Assembly (NCBI GenBank): GCA_043808405.1
Contig: JAZDEX010000039.1
Location: 1 to 48,288, forward strand
Origin: Candidatus Omnitrophota bacterium
Lineage (GTDB): Bacteria > Omnitrophota > Gorgyraeia > Gygaellales > Profunditerraquicolaceae
Length of the DNA stretch: 48,288 bases
Reading direction: 5' to 3'
Each line of letters opens with the position of its first letter. Position 1 is the stretch's first letter. Under the pieces are notes generated by a model. The model did no database searches and was not told where the DNA came from. It saw nothing but the letters and a program-made list of their open reading frames with translations. A program made the position numbers and the translations under genes. This document shows, piece by piece, positions 9,598 through 19,250 of this stretch.

Positions 9598-11226
9598 TTG
9601 AAGAGTAGGTTAGTAACACAATTAATTCTTGTTTTTGTGAGTGTTATTATTGCGTTTTTCGTGGTTTATTTCCCGCCGCAGTTAGCTTATGCGCAGCCAG
9701 CGCATCTTCCTCAGGCTATTATTTTATATGATGAAAATAAGGATTTAGATGAAGGGCCGATTTATGCCGCGGTCTTAGCCAGCCTTTTGGGGCATTTTAA
9801 ATTGGATTATGAGATTAAGCCTGTTGCCCAATATTTGCCGGGTGAATTAAATAAATTTGATTTTATATTTTATTTAGGTTATATCAGAAATGGCTATATT
9901 CCGCAGGCATTCTTTGAAGATGTTAGCAAGACAGCTAAGACAGTGGTTTGGTTTGGGCACAATCTTAATCAGTTGCAGGCTTATGTGGGAAGAGAGTTTT
10001 TAAAAAAATATGGTTTTTGTTTTTTGCGCTCTATTTCCTCGCAAGCCACGCAAGAGGGCGCTCCTGCGGATTTCTTCAGCGTTTTTAAGTATAAAGATAA
10101 AGTTTTATCCCGCAAAGAAATTACCGGCATCCCAGATACTTTAATATATCTTACTATAACAAAAGCTAAAATTACGGATGGCTCTTTGGCTAAGGCTAAG
10201 GCTTGGGCTTTAGACTCTCAGTCAAAAGAGGAACTACCTTATATAATCCAATCCAAGAATTTTTGGTTTGTTGCCAACATACCCTTTTCCTTTTTGGAAT
10301 TAAGAGACCGCTACCTGATTTTTTGTGACATCTTGCATGATATTTTGAAAATTAATCATCCCGCGAAATTAAAAGCATTAGTGAGGATAGAGGATATTAG
10401 CCCGGATACTGATCCTAGCCAATTAAAAAAGGTAGTAGATTTTTTTGAAGAAGAAGAGATTCCGTTTTCTATCGCGGTGATTCCGGTTTTTAAAGATACT
10501 TCTAAGAAGCAGGGCCCGAAAAAAGGAGAATTGCATTTTTCCGATGCCCAAGAGACTCTAGAGTTATTAAAAAAAGAACAAGCGGCAGGGGTGCCTTTGG
10601 TGATGCATGGATTTACGCATCAGTTGGATTATGCTAAAAATCCTTCTTTGAGGGTAACCAGCGTGGGTTATGAATTTTGGGATTCTGAAAATAATTCTCC
10701 GGTTCAAGGTGATTCCGTGGAATATGTTAAGGGGCGCATTGAAAAAGGCAAGCAGGAATTAGCGCAGAATGGTTTAAAGCCTTTTGCCTTTGAAGTGCCG
10801 CACTACACTGCTTCGGCTTTAGATTACCGGGTTTTTGCGCAGGAATTTCCGATTAATTATCATGACCCGGTATATTATAGGCAATCAGCTGGCAGCCAAG
10901 GCATGCGCCAGTCGCCGCCGTATATAATTTATAAAGATTTTTACGGCCAATTTCTCATTCCAGCTTCTACCTTGGATAATATTGAGTATGAAGACGCCAA
11001 AGATAGAAATGAGTTAGATAAAAAAATAGCGATGATTATAAAACAGGCCGAGGCAGTATCTATTGTGCGCGACGGCATTGCTTCTTTTTATATTCATCCT
11101 TTTGTTATAAAAGCCATGCAGCAGAATAGGATAAATGGGTTGGCCGAGTTAAAGAAGATTACTGATGCCTTAAAGGCAATGGGGTATGAATTTGTGAGTT
11201 TAAAATCAATTGCTCTGGATAAATGA
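9598..11226 (+). CDS. DUF2334 polysaccharide deacetylase-like protein (YdaL-like)
   Basis: GGAGG RBS and TTG start, signal peptide; VRIEDISP, IPFSIAVIP, MHGFTHQ, YEFWD, AFEVPHY, ASFYIHP. Confidence 0.8.
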   Translation: MKSRLVTQLILVFVSVIIAFFVVYFPPQLAYAQPAHLPQAIILYDENKDLDEGPIYAAVLASLLGHFKLDYEIKPVAQYLPGELNKFDFIFYLGYIRNGYIPQAFFEDVSKTAKTVVWFGHNLNQLQAYVGREFLKKYGFCFLRSISSQATQEGAPADFFSVFKYKDKVLSRKEITGIPDTLIYLTITKAKITDGSLAKAKAWALDSQSKEELPYIIQSKNFWFVANIPFSFLELRDRYLIFCDILHDILKINHPAKLKALVRIEDISPDTDPSQLKKVVDFFEEEEIPFSIAVIPVFKDTSKKQGPKKGELHFSDAQETLELLKKEQAAGVPLVMHGFTHQLDYAKNPSLRVTSVGYEFWDSENNSPVQGDSVEYVKGRIEKGKQELAQNGLKPFAFEVPHYTASALDYRVFAQEFPINYHDPVYYRQSAGSQGMRQSPPYIIYKDFYGQFLIPASTLDNIEYEDAKDRNELDKKIAMIIKQAEAVSIVRDGIASFYIHPFVIKAMQQNRINGLAELKKITDALKAMGYEFVSLKSIALDK

Positions 11227-12305
11227 GTTATAAAAATAAATTTATTATTATTGGGGTAGTTGCGGCGCTAATTTTGACCGCGGGGAAATTACTTTATGCC
11301 GAGCAAGAGGATAGTAGTGCGGCAGTGTTTAATTTTATTAATAAGAATTTTGTTTTAGAAAATGGCGCGGTTTTAATTCGCAGTACGGATAAAAATACCG
11401 TGCTTTCGGAATCTGTGGGGCTGTATCTGATTGCTTGCGTGCGGCTCAACGAGAGAAAATTATTTGATCGCGCTTATGCTTTTGCTCAGGAGAATCTTTT
11501 AAGCGATAAAGGTATTTTTTATTGGAGGATTAATTTAAAGTCCGGTAAGAAAGATTGCTCTAGCGCTTCGATTGATGATTTAAGAATTGCGGAGGCTTTA
11601 TGTTTGGCGGGGGAGGCTTGGCGGGACGTAAGCTATCGTGATGAGGCATTAAAGATTTCTCGGGCCATCTTAAATTTAGAGTGTAAAGACGGCTATATGG
11701 TTGATTCTTTTAGCTGGGATAAAACCGGGCAGCATACATCAAGCGTAGTGAATATTTCTTATTTAGACCTTGCGGCGATGCAGAGGCTGGCTAAGTATGA
11801 CCCGGTATGGCGCGTGGTTTATGAGAATTCTAAAAAGATTATTTTAGATTCGCCAATAAAGAGCGGCTTGTTCGCGGAAAATTATGATTTAAGCACAAAA
11901 AAGTTTTCGCATAAAGACGGCAATATGATTAATCAGTTGTTAACCGCTTTATATTTAAGCCAGATTGGTGTTCCGAAGGAAGAAATTAGGCTGTATGATT
12001 TTTTGAAGGCTGAATTTTTAAAGAGAGGGAAAATTTGTAATTCTTATAATGCTTCCGGGAAGCCTAAAAATAACTATGAAACTAGCGCGGTTTATGCCTT
12101 GGCTAGCCGGATGTTTTATTATTTTCAAGATACGAAATATACGCAGAAAACATTAGACAGAATGTATTTATTTGAAATCAAAGATAAAGAGGATCCATTT
12201 TTCGGCGGTTTTGGAATGTTTAATCCTAAAGAGGAAAAAGTATTTAATTCTTTTGATAGCCTGAATGCCTTATTAGCAATAACGGAGGATAAGAGTGATG
12301 GTTAA
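11223..12305 (+). CDS. Glycoside hydrolase family 8-like protein (YdaJ-like)
   Basis: Signal peptide; VLSESVGLYL, SASIDDLRIAEAL, YETSAVYAL, SFDSLNALL; overlaps the upstream stop. Confidence 0.75.
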   Translation: MSYKNKFIIIGVVAALILTAGKLLYAEQEDSSAAVFNFINKNFVLENGAVLIRSTDKNTVLSESVGLYLIACVRLNERKLFDRAYAFAQENLLSDKGIFYWRINLKSGKKDCSSASIDDLRIAEALCLAGEAWRDVSYRDEALKISRAILNLECKDGYMVDSFSWDKTGQHTSSVVNISYLDLAAMQRLAKYDPVWRVVYENSKKIILDSPIKSGLFAENYDLSTKKFSHKDGNMINQLLTALYLSQIGVPKEEIRLYDFLKAEFLKRGKICNSYNASGKPKNNYETSAVYALASRMFYYFQDTKYTQKTLDRMYLFEIKDKEDPFFGGFGMFNPKEEKVFNSFDSLNALLAITEDKSDG

Positions 12306-13152
12306 ATTTATTAAAATAGCGCGTATCATGCTGGCAATATTTTTTGTAGTATTTTTAGCTGCTGGGCTGTATGGTTTGGTTAAAAATAGGGCTGAAGGCT
12401 GTGATTATATTTATTACTGCGTATTTTTTGCGATAGGGCTTTGCGCTTTAGCTGGCGGGGTGGTTCTGGGCCTACTTACAACTTTAGTGGCGGTGTTTGC
12501 TTATGTATCATTTTCCATTATGCAGGCGGTATTTTTTGGGGAGGCGGTATATTTTAATCTTGAGCATTTGTGGTGGGTAACATTGTTTATCCTGGCCGGG
12601 TTTACAGCCGGGCAGGCAGGGGATAAGCTAAAGCATGTGAGCAAGGTTTTTAAAAAGCATGGCGAAGAAATAGAAGAGTTGATGGTGGCAGGCAGAGCAA
12701 GCCTATTTTCCAGCCTTAGCCGTTTTCGCGGCGATATTGAATATGAGATTTCCCGCGCCAAGCGTTCGCAGTCGCTTTTTTTGGTTTTTTATATTGAGCT
12801 GATTAATTTAGAGGATGTAATGAAAAGATTTGGCAAAGACGGGCAGCATAAGATTATGGATCAGGTGGGGATAGTTTTGCTGCGCATTTTCAGGGATACT
12901 GATAAAAAAGCCAAGGTGGATGAAAATACTTATGGCGTGCTTATGCCTGAAACCCCGGCTGCATCCGCAGAGGTAATTACTAAAAAAATAATGGGCGCGT
13001 TAAAGGCGGTTAAAATAGATTATAAGGGCGAGTTAATAAAATATGCTCCGTTGATTAAAGTCGGTTACGCGTCTTTTCCTAAGGACGGGAATAATTTGGC
13101 GGGTTTAGAAGAGAAGGCGCGCGCTGGGATGTTGGAAATTGTAGGTATATAA
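12295..13152 (+). CDS. Membrane-anchored degenerate GGDEF protein, probable c-di-GMP receptor (YdaK/PelD-like)
   Basis: About 4 TM helices; EISRAKR, I-site RDTD intact, GGDEF position reads DENTY, GYASFPKDG. Confidence 0.8.
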   Translation: MMVKFIKIARIMLAIFFVVFLAAGLYGLVKNRAEGCDYIYYCVFFAIGLCALAGGVVLGLLTTLVAVFAYVSFSIMQAVFFGEAVYFNLEHLWWVTLFILAGFTAGQAGDKLKHVSKVFKKHGEEIEELMVAGRASLFSSLSRFRGDIEYEISRAKRSQSLFLVFYIELINLEDVMKRFGKDGQHKIMDQVGIVLLRIFRDTDKKAKVDENTYGVLMPETPAASAEVITKKIMGALKAVKIDYKGELIKYAPLIKVGYASFPKDGNNLAGLEEKARAGMLEIVGI

Positions 13153-13155
13153 AAA

Positions 13156-13203
13156 AGATTGCTTCGTCGTCCCGCCGTTGGCGGGACTCCTCGCAATGAC
13201 ACT
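13156..13203. repeat. REP/RPE-like palindromic element, single unit (family A), inside the EPS operon
   Basis: AGATTGCTTCGTCGTCCCGCCGTTGGCGGGACTCCTCGCAATGACACT, 3 nt after the stop codon. Confidence 0.85.
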
Positions 13204-13224
13204 GTTTTGGGTAGAAATGATAAA

Positions 13225-14361
13225 ATGAATCGCGTAAAGGTTTTAATATTAGCTGTTTTGCTAACAATTTTCTTAGGGCAGAGTTTTGCCTGGGCCGGCG
13301 TAAATAAGAAGTCGGTTTTTTTGATTGTCCAGGGGATAGATTCGGGGACTTCAGCGAAAAAATTAGACAATGTTATATTTTCTTTAACTAAGGCTAAGAT
13401 TCCCTTTTGCCTGGCAGTTAATGTAGGTAATGGCTTTGCGGCGAATCCGTATTTGGCTAAGAATATTAATGCCAGCTTATCTTTAGGCGGGGCAGTTTTA
13501 TTGGACGCCGGGACATTAGCTGATGGTAATCAAGTGGCTGTGGCTATAGATAAATTGATTGATAATAATATTATTCCTTTTGGGGTTATTTGCGGTAAAG
13601 CTGCTCGGGATGTTGTAAATAACAGCTCACTTAATCAGTATTGCTCTACATTAATTACCGAAGGTGATATTCCTTTTAAATCCAGCGACGATAAATTCCA
13701 GACGGTATTATCTAGCAGTTTTAAATTAGGCAAAAAAAGCGATTTTTATGAGAATACTGTTTTTTACCAGCAGATAAATAAAATGAGCCTTCTAAAGGAT
13801 CCTTTTTTCGGGATAAGCGTGGATTTGGATTTTGACAGCGCAGCCTTGCTTAAGCTGGCGCATAATCTTAAGAAACAGGGGTATGTTTTTCAGGATCTAA
13901 AATCTTTGCCGAGCTATGTTCGTTCCAGAAACGCGGCAATATTTTTTAAGCCGGAATATTATGCCAATATTCCAGCCAGGGAAATAGTTTACGCGGATAT
14001 TTTAAAATTGAGCCTGCTTAAGTTTGAGGCCAAGAATAATTATGTTGAGGAGAGTTTGTTTGACCAGGCGTTTAAGCTTATCTCTAGAAAGACATCAGGC
14101 GCATTAGTTAATGGGACAGTGCTTATTGACCTTATTGGTAAAAACGGGATATTCGTTGTCCGGCAGCTGCCTTTAGGCTCGGGGCAGCTTAAGGAAGTTA
14201 AGCAATCTTTATGGGCTTTTATATTTGGCAAGACGTCTGCCGGAATAATTGAAGATGCCTACCGCCTGGTCGCGGCAAGCGTATTCTTGATGACGTTTTT
14301 TATGATGCTTTATCTCATATTTATATTATTTTCTAGCCGAAGCAAAAGCAGGGGATTATAG
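13225..14361 (+). CDS. Degenerate DUF2334-like periplasmic protein with C-terminal membrane anchor
   Basis: Signal peptide from ATG 13225 (the track start 13159 lies in the repeat); segments align by eye with the 9598 protein; C-terminal TM helix. Confidence 0.6.
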   Translation: MNRVKVLILAVLLTIFLGQSFAWAGVNKKSVFLIVQGIDSGTSAKKLDNVIFSLTKAKIPFCLAVNVGNGFAANPYLAKNINASLSLGGAVLLDAGTLADGNQVAVAIDKLIDNNIIPFGVICGKAARDVVNNSSLNQYCSTLITEGDIPFKSSDDKFQTVLSSSFKLGKKSDFYENTVFYQQINKMSLLKDPFFGISVDLDFDSAALLKLAHNLKKQGYVFQDLKSLPSYVRSRNAAIFFKPEYYANIPAREIVYADILKLSLLKFEAKNNYVEESLFDQAFKLISRKTSGALVNGTVLIDLIGKNGIFVVRQLPLGSGQLKEVKQSLWAFIFGKTSAGIIEDAYRLVAASVFLMTFFMMLYLIFILFSSRSKSRGL

Positions 14362-14365
14362 AAAA

Positions 14366-15610
14366 ATGTTTTCGCATATTGCCTTAGATACAATTTTTCT
14401 TCTAGCTTTTATTTCTATGTGGCTAACCCTGTTTTATCATGGGATTTTAACTATTAAGGGTTATGGTTTTTTTAGGTTTATTAATGATGAAGGTGAAAAG
14501 CTGATGGATAATATAGTTAATTTGCCCGGGGTATCGGTGATGGTCCCGGCTAAGAATGAAGGCAAGGTAATAGAGGATACTTTAGATACTTTGCTAGATT
14601 TGAATTATCCCTTGGATAAAATAGAGTTGGTAATTATTAACGATGGCTCAACCGATAATACTAAAGAAGTATTAGATGAATATGCTTTTCGGTATAAGAG
14701 AATCAAACCGGTGCATATTCCAGAAGATAGCGCCTGCCATGGCAAATCCGCGGCTTTAAATGAAGGGCTTAAACATTGTTCGTATAACTATATCGTAGTA
14801 TTTGACGGGGATAACCGCCCGGAAAAGGATTCCGTGCAGTATCTGGTTAGGGCAATCATAAAAGATGAAAAATTAGCTGCGGTCTGCGGCAAAATCCGCA
14901 CCTTTAACCGCAGTAAAAATCTCCTAACCCGTTTTGCCAATATAGAATTCATTTCTCATCAGTGGCTGATACAGGCGGGAAATTGGCGCACGCGCAGTAC
15001 CGCGCTTTTGCCGGGGACAAATTATATTATCCGTAAAGATATACTGCTTAGTGTCGGCGGGTGGAATGTTAATGCCTTAGCAGAAGATACAGAGCTAAGC
15101 TTTCGTTTATTTTCTTTAGGCTATATTATTTCTTTTTTTCCCTTAGCGGTTAGTTGGGAGCAGGAACCGGAGAATTGGAAGGCTTGGAGAAAACAGCGCC
15201 TGCGTTGGGTGCAGGGGAATAAATATATTATAAAAAGATATATTAAAGATAAGAATTTCAGGCGGGCGAATTTCATTAATTTTTTTCATATGCTGATGAT
15301 TTATTATTTGTTGCTTTTATCCATTGTTTTTTCTGATATAATTTTCATATTAGGCCTAGCCGGAATAATTCGTTTATCTATAAGCGGGCCGCTGATTGCG
15401 CTCTGGGGTTTTACTTTTATAGTTTTTATCCTGGAGATTGCTATCGCGCTTACTTGCGAAGTAGGAGAGGCAACCCTGGCTAATGTAGCGCTGGCGGGGT
15501 TGATGTATTTTACTTATTGCCAGCAGTGGTTGTATATTGTAATAAAAAGTTTTTTTGCCCGGCCTGGGTATAACAATGGAGCTTTTTGGGCGAAGACAGA
15601 AAGATTTTAA
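14366..15610 (+). CDS. Processive GT2 polysaccharide synthase (YdaM/IcaA/PgaC-like)
   Basis: VPAKNE, NDGSTD, GKSAALN, FDGD, LAEDTEL, QRLRWVQG; N- and C-terminal TM helices; no PilZ domain. Confidence 0.9.
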   Translation: MFSHIALDTIFLLAFISMWLTLFYHGILTIKGYGFFRFINDEGEKLMDNIVNLPGVSVMVPAKNEGKVIEDTLDTLLDLNYPLDKIELVIINDGSTDNTKEVLDEYAFRYKRIKPVHIPEDSACHGKSAALNEGLKHCSYNYIVVFDGDNRPEKDSVQYLVRAIIKDEKLAAVCGKIRTFNRSKNLLTRFANIEFISHQWLIQAGNWRTRSTALLPGTNYIIRKDILLSVGGWNVNALAEDTELSFRLFSLGYIISFFPLAVSWEQEPENWKAWRKQRLRWVQGNKYIIKRYIKDKNFRRANFINFFHMLMIYYLLLLSIVFSDIIFILGLAGIIRLSISGPLIALWGFTFIVFILEIAIALTCEVGEATLANVALAGLMYFTYCQQWLYIVIKSFFARPGYNNGAFWAKTERF

Positions 15611-15627
15611 AAATTAAGGAGAGAATA

Positions 15628-17646
15628 GTGAAGAGAATAATACTTTCATTTTTTTTATGCATTTTATGTTTACCGGTTGGATTATTAGCGCAAGGAAGCG
15701 TTATTGAAAAGGAAATTCCTGTTATCGGCAAGGATGATATAGCCATCCGCGGGACATTTAATGATTATGATGCTTTAGTAAATATTCCGGAATTTATCAT
15801 CGTGGAAGAAGCGGTTTTATCGATTAATTTAAGCCATGCTAAAGAATTGACTCCTAATCTATCCAGCCTGACGGTTTATTTAAATGGCGCGCCTTTAAAA
15901 AGTATTTTTCTTACCCCGGAGAATTCTGATAATTATCAACTCTTAATCAGTTTGCCTGGGAAGCAGTTATTAGCCGGGGCAAATCAATTAAGGTTGTCTT
16001 TTTTTATGCGCTCATTAGATGCGCCTTGTGTTGATTTAGATAATCCGATTAATTGGGCGCTTATTCATAGCGATTCTTCGCTTAACTTTAAATTTAAGAT
16101 AGACGATCGGCTTTCCGTGGGTAGTTTCGAAGATATTTTTGTTAAATCCCAAAGTTTCTTATCTTCAGGCACGGCTTTTGTCTTAGGTAATTTAAATAGC
16201 GATACTTTGGAAGCAGCAGCGCTAATCGCCCGGTATTTGGGAGCGAATACAGGCACAGCGCAGGATATCAAAGTATTTAAGGGGAGTGTCCCGCTCGAGG
16301 ATGTAGGTAAGTATAATTTGATCTTATTAGGCGGACTTAATGATTTTCCTGATCTGCCGGAATTGCGCAAGCCTGACGCGTTAAATGCTACAATATTTTT
16401 ATCCCGGCCGCAATGGGCTAAAGAGAAGTTTGTTTTTGGGGTGATTAGCCCTGAAGCAGGCAGCCTTAAGAAATGCGCTTTTTATATTACGAATATTAAT
16501 ATAAGCAAGTTTGATAATGCTATAGAGGCAATTAAATTAAGTAAGATTAATGCCTTTAAGCCTAAACGCAGCAGCCCTAAGCCGGCCCAGGGGCGATTTG
16601 GGGCATTGGGCTATCCGGATATTACGGTAAGTGGTATTGCTTCTAGAAAAACATCATTTAATTTTATCCGTCCGGCTAATTGGCTGCTTAAAGGCGGGGA
16701 TATTGATTTTGCGATACAGTATTCTTCGTTTCTGGTGCGCGATACTTCCGGGGTAACTATAGAAATTAATGGCGTGCCGGTTACATCTCGGAAATTTTCT
16801 GGCAATCCTGATCTGCCGATGTTAATTAATGCTAAAATACCTAAACATATGTTAGGGGCAAAGAATTATTTTGTGGCGGCTAATTTCTTTTTTGATATTG
16901 GGCATAAAGATTGCAGTAATCAATTTAAAGATAAGGCTTGGGCGGTGATTAAGAATAGCTCGCGCCTGAGCCTGGCGCATTGGTATAAAAATAATAAGGA
17001 CTTATCGGATTTTCCGTCTTTGTTTATGGCCGCGGATAAGCTTGCGCCCACGGCTATTTTTATTCCGGATAATCCCAGCGAGGATATATTATCTTTGGCG
17101 ATGATTCTATCTTCGGCTATTGGTTCGGCAGCGCAGGTAGATTACGGAGCTGCGTTAATTAAATGGCCTGCCCAAATTAAAGAATCTCTTGGGAAAGAAA
17201 ATATTATTATGTTAGGCAGCCCAAGAGATTTTCCTTGGTATTATCAGGTAAATAAGTTTATGCCGCTTAAGTTTGACCTGCAGAAAGGCGTTTTTATCTC
17301 CGATGATAATGTTGGGAATCTTAGCCCGGAAGACGATTACGGGATAATACAGGTGTGTAGATCTCCTTGGAATAGCGCGCGCACGGTTAGCTTGTTTACT
17401 GGTATTAGCCGCGCAGGATACCAGTTATTAGGAAAAAGCCTTGCCGATAGCCGGTTATATAGTAAGATGTCCGGGAATCTTGTTTATATCCCCTCAGAGA
17501 ATAATATTTTTTCTTTTGGCCGCCAGATGAAAGAAGAGAATCGGATTGCCTTAGGCTGGTATTTTATAGGATGGTTGGTTGTGGTAGCGGCTTTTGCCGC
17601 GGCAATATTTGCCGCGTATAGCTTTATCTTTAGAAAGAAAAAATGA
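15628..17646 (+). CDS. BcsB/YdaN-like periplasmic co-polymerase subunit
   Basis: AAGGAG and GTG 15628 (track start 15586); two repeats of S.LTV.LNG.P..S / C...WA.I...S, SPWN motif, C-terminal TM followed by RKKK. Confidence 0.8.
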   Translation: MKRIILSFFLCILCLPVGLLAQGSVIEKEIPVIGKDDIAIRGTFNDYDALVNIPEFIIVEEAVLSINLSHAKELTPNLSSLTVYLNGAPLKSIFLTPENSDNYQLLISLPGKQLLAGANQLRLSFFMRSLDAPCVDLDNPINWALIHSDSSLNFKFKIDDRLSVGSFEDIFVKSQSFLSSGTAFVLGNLNSDTLEAAALIARYLGANTGTAQDIKVFKGSVPLEDVGKYNLILLGGLNDFPDLPELRKPDALNATIFLSRPQWAKEKFVFGVISPEAGSLKKCAFYITNINISKFDNAIEAIKLSKINAFKPKRSSPKPAQGRFGALGYPDITVSGIASRKTSFNFIRPANWLLKGGDIDFAIQYSSFLVRDTSGVTIEINGVPVTSRKFSGNPDLPMLINAKIPKHMLGAKNYFVAANFFFDIGHKDCSNQFKDKAWAVIKNSSRLSLAHWYKNNKDLSDFPSLFMAADKLAPTAIFIPDNPSEDILSLAMILSSAIGSAAQVDYGAALIKWPAQIKESLGKENIIMLGSPRDFPWYYQVNKFMPLKFDLQKGVFISDDNVGNLSPEDDYGIIQVCRSPWNSARTVSLFTGISRAGYQLLGKSLADSRLYSKMSGNLVYIPSENNIFSFGRQMKEENRIALGWYFIGWLVVVAAFAAAIFAAYSFIFRKKK

Positions 17647-18842
17647 TAAAGTTTTTAGAGGATAGGCGCTTTGTACTGGTTATTCTGTGTGTTGGTATTT
17701 TTTTACTTTCCGGGTATTCTTATGATACCAGCCAAGAGGATGTTGAGATTTTATCCCGGGCCAGGAGTTCTAGCATTAAGGGCAGCTGGAAACAGGGGAT
17801 TGCCGAATATAATGAGTATTTGGCAAAACATCCGGATAGCCATGTAACCAAAAAAGAGCTGGGCATTCTTTATGCCTGGGATGGGAATTGGGCCAAGGCC
17901 AGGGAATTTTTAGAAAAATATATTGAACGTGTCCCTACTGATGTAGAGGCGCTGGAAATTTTAGGTGACGCTTATCTGTATGATAATAAATATCAGCAGG
18001 CAGAGGCGATATATAAAAAAATAATTGAGATCGACTCGGTATTTGAGCCGGCGTTACGTAAGAAAATAAAACAGGCGAAAATAGCAATGGCTTCGTATCC
18101 GGCTTACGCCTTTAGCTATTATCAGGAAAGAAATACCAAGACCCCGTATAAATCTACATCCCGTGATCATGAGTGGAGTTGGAATCAGCATGTTCAGAAT
18201 AATTTTTATCTTGCCCCGAGCTATGGCATTAGAATAGATGAGATTTTGCAGAAGGTTATGCCAATTTATGGCTTGGGGTGTTCTTCTAAAGTGTTTGATA
18301 ACAGTTATTTTAGTTTCAATGCTAAATACGAAAAGAACCGCTATGTAAACCGTAAATGGCGCACTCGGGCGCTGTTTTCCACTGTGCCTAAGGATAGTTA
18401 TACTATAAGTTTAAGCCAGGATACGGCATATTATTGGGATGGTAATGCTTCTTATTCCGGGACTGTTAATGCCTCTAAGGCATTATTAAAGGATAAAAGT
18501 TTTATTGTTTTGTTAAGTTTTTTCTATGATCAGATAAAAAAGACATCTGCATATTTTGTCAGGATCAAGCCGCCTCTTGATGGGAATATGAGTAAGCCGT
18601 TAAATTTGATGACTGCGGGCTTGACTTTGGATAAAAGTTTTAAAATTAATGATGCTTTAAGTTTTAATGTGGGCAGTTCTGCCAAGGTAAATACCGATAG
18701 CAATAAGATCTTTAATTTTTTCTGCGGCAGTACGTTTAAATTGTTTGACAATGTTAATTTAAATCTGTATTCTTCTTATGGTTACGATAAAGAGCATTAC
18801 GAATATTATTCATTACAGACTTACACAAGTTTTTTCTTTTAA
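17643..18842 (+). CDS. TPR plus probable outer-membrane beta-barrel protein (EPS export candidate)
   Basis: Signal peptide, about 3 TPRs (LGILYAWDGNWAKA, LGDAYLYDNKYQQA), aromatic alternating beta-strands, terminal Phe (YTSFFF). Confidence 0.7.
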   Translation: MIKFLEDRRFVLVILCVGIFLLSGYSYDTSQEDVEILSRARSSSIKGSWKQGIAEYNEYLAKHPDSHVTKKELGILYAWDGNWAKAREFLEKYIERVPTDVEALEILGDAYLYDNKYQQAEAIYKKIIEIDSVFEPALRKKIKQAKIAMASYPAYAFSYYQERNTKTPYKSTSRDHEWSWNQHVQNNFYLAPSYGIRIDEILQKVMPIYGLGCSSKVFDNSYFSFNAKYEKNRYVNRKWRTRALFSTVPKDSYTISLSQDTAYYWDGNASYSGTVNASKALLKDKSFIVLLSFFYDQIKKTSAYFVRIKPPLDGNMSKPLNLMTAGLTLDKSFKINDALSFNVGSSAKVNTDSNKIFNFFCGSTFKLFDNVNLNLYSSYGYDKEHYEYYSLQTYTSFFF

Positions 18843-18866
18843 GCGGCAATCATACGGGAGGCGGCT

Positions 18867-19235
18867 ATGGCTAAAAGGATTTTAATTGTTGAAGACGAGC
18901 CGGATCAGCGCGAGGTGCTTAAATTCCGCCTTGAGCAGAATGGTTATGAGGTAATTCTTGCTTGCGATGGAGAGGAGGGCTTGTTAAAGGCTCAAACAGA
19001 ACATCCTGATTTGGTGCTTTTGGATATTATGCTGCCGAAGATGGACGGTTTTGAAGTCTGCCGGCGCCTGAAACAGGATAAAAACACCGCGGCTATCCCG
19101 ATAATGGGGCTGACTGCTTTTAGCCAAAAGAGCACGGAAGAAAAGGTGCGCGCCGCAGGCTCTAATGATTTTATGAGCAAACTTTCGGATTCAAGCGAGC
19201 TCTTAGCGAGGATAAAAAGGCTTATCGGCGGATAG
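18867..19235 (+). CDS. Single-domain response regulator (receiver only)
   Basis: ILIVEDE, PDLVLLDIMLPKMDG, conserved T and K; GGAGG RBS. Confidence 0.9.
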   Translation: MAKRILIVEDEPDQREVLKFRLEQNGYEVILACDGEEGLLKAQTEHPDLVLLDIMLPKMDGFEVCRRLKQDKNTAAIPIMGLTAFSQKSTEEKVRAAGSNDFMSKLSDSSELLARIKRLIGG

Positions 19236-19250
19236 TAAGGTAATTGTAAA

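Noticed and set aside
13159-13224. Track N-terminus MLRRPAVGGTPRND as another coding palindrome
   Set aside because: The signal peptide starts at ATG 13225; the extension is just the intergenic repeat read in frame.
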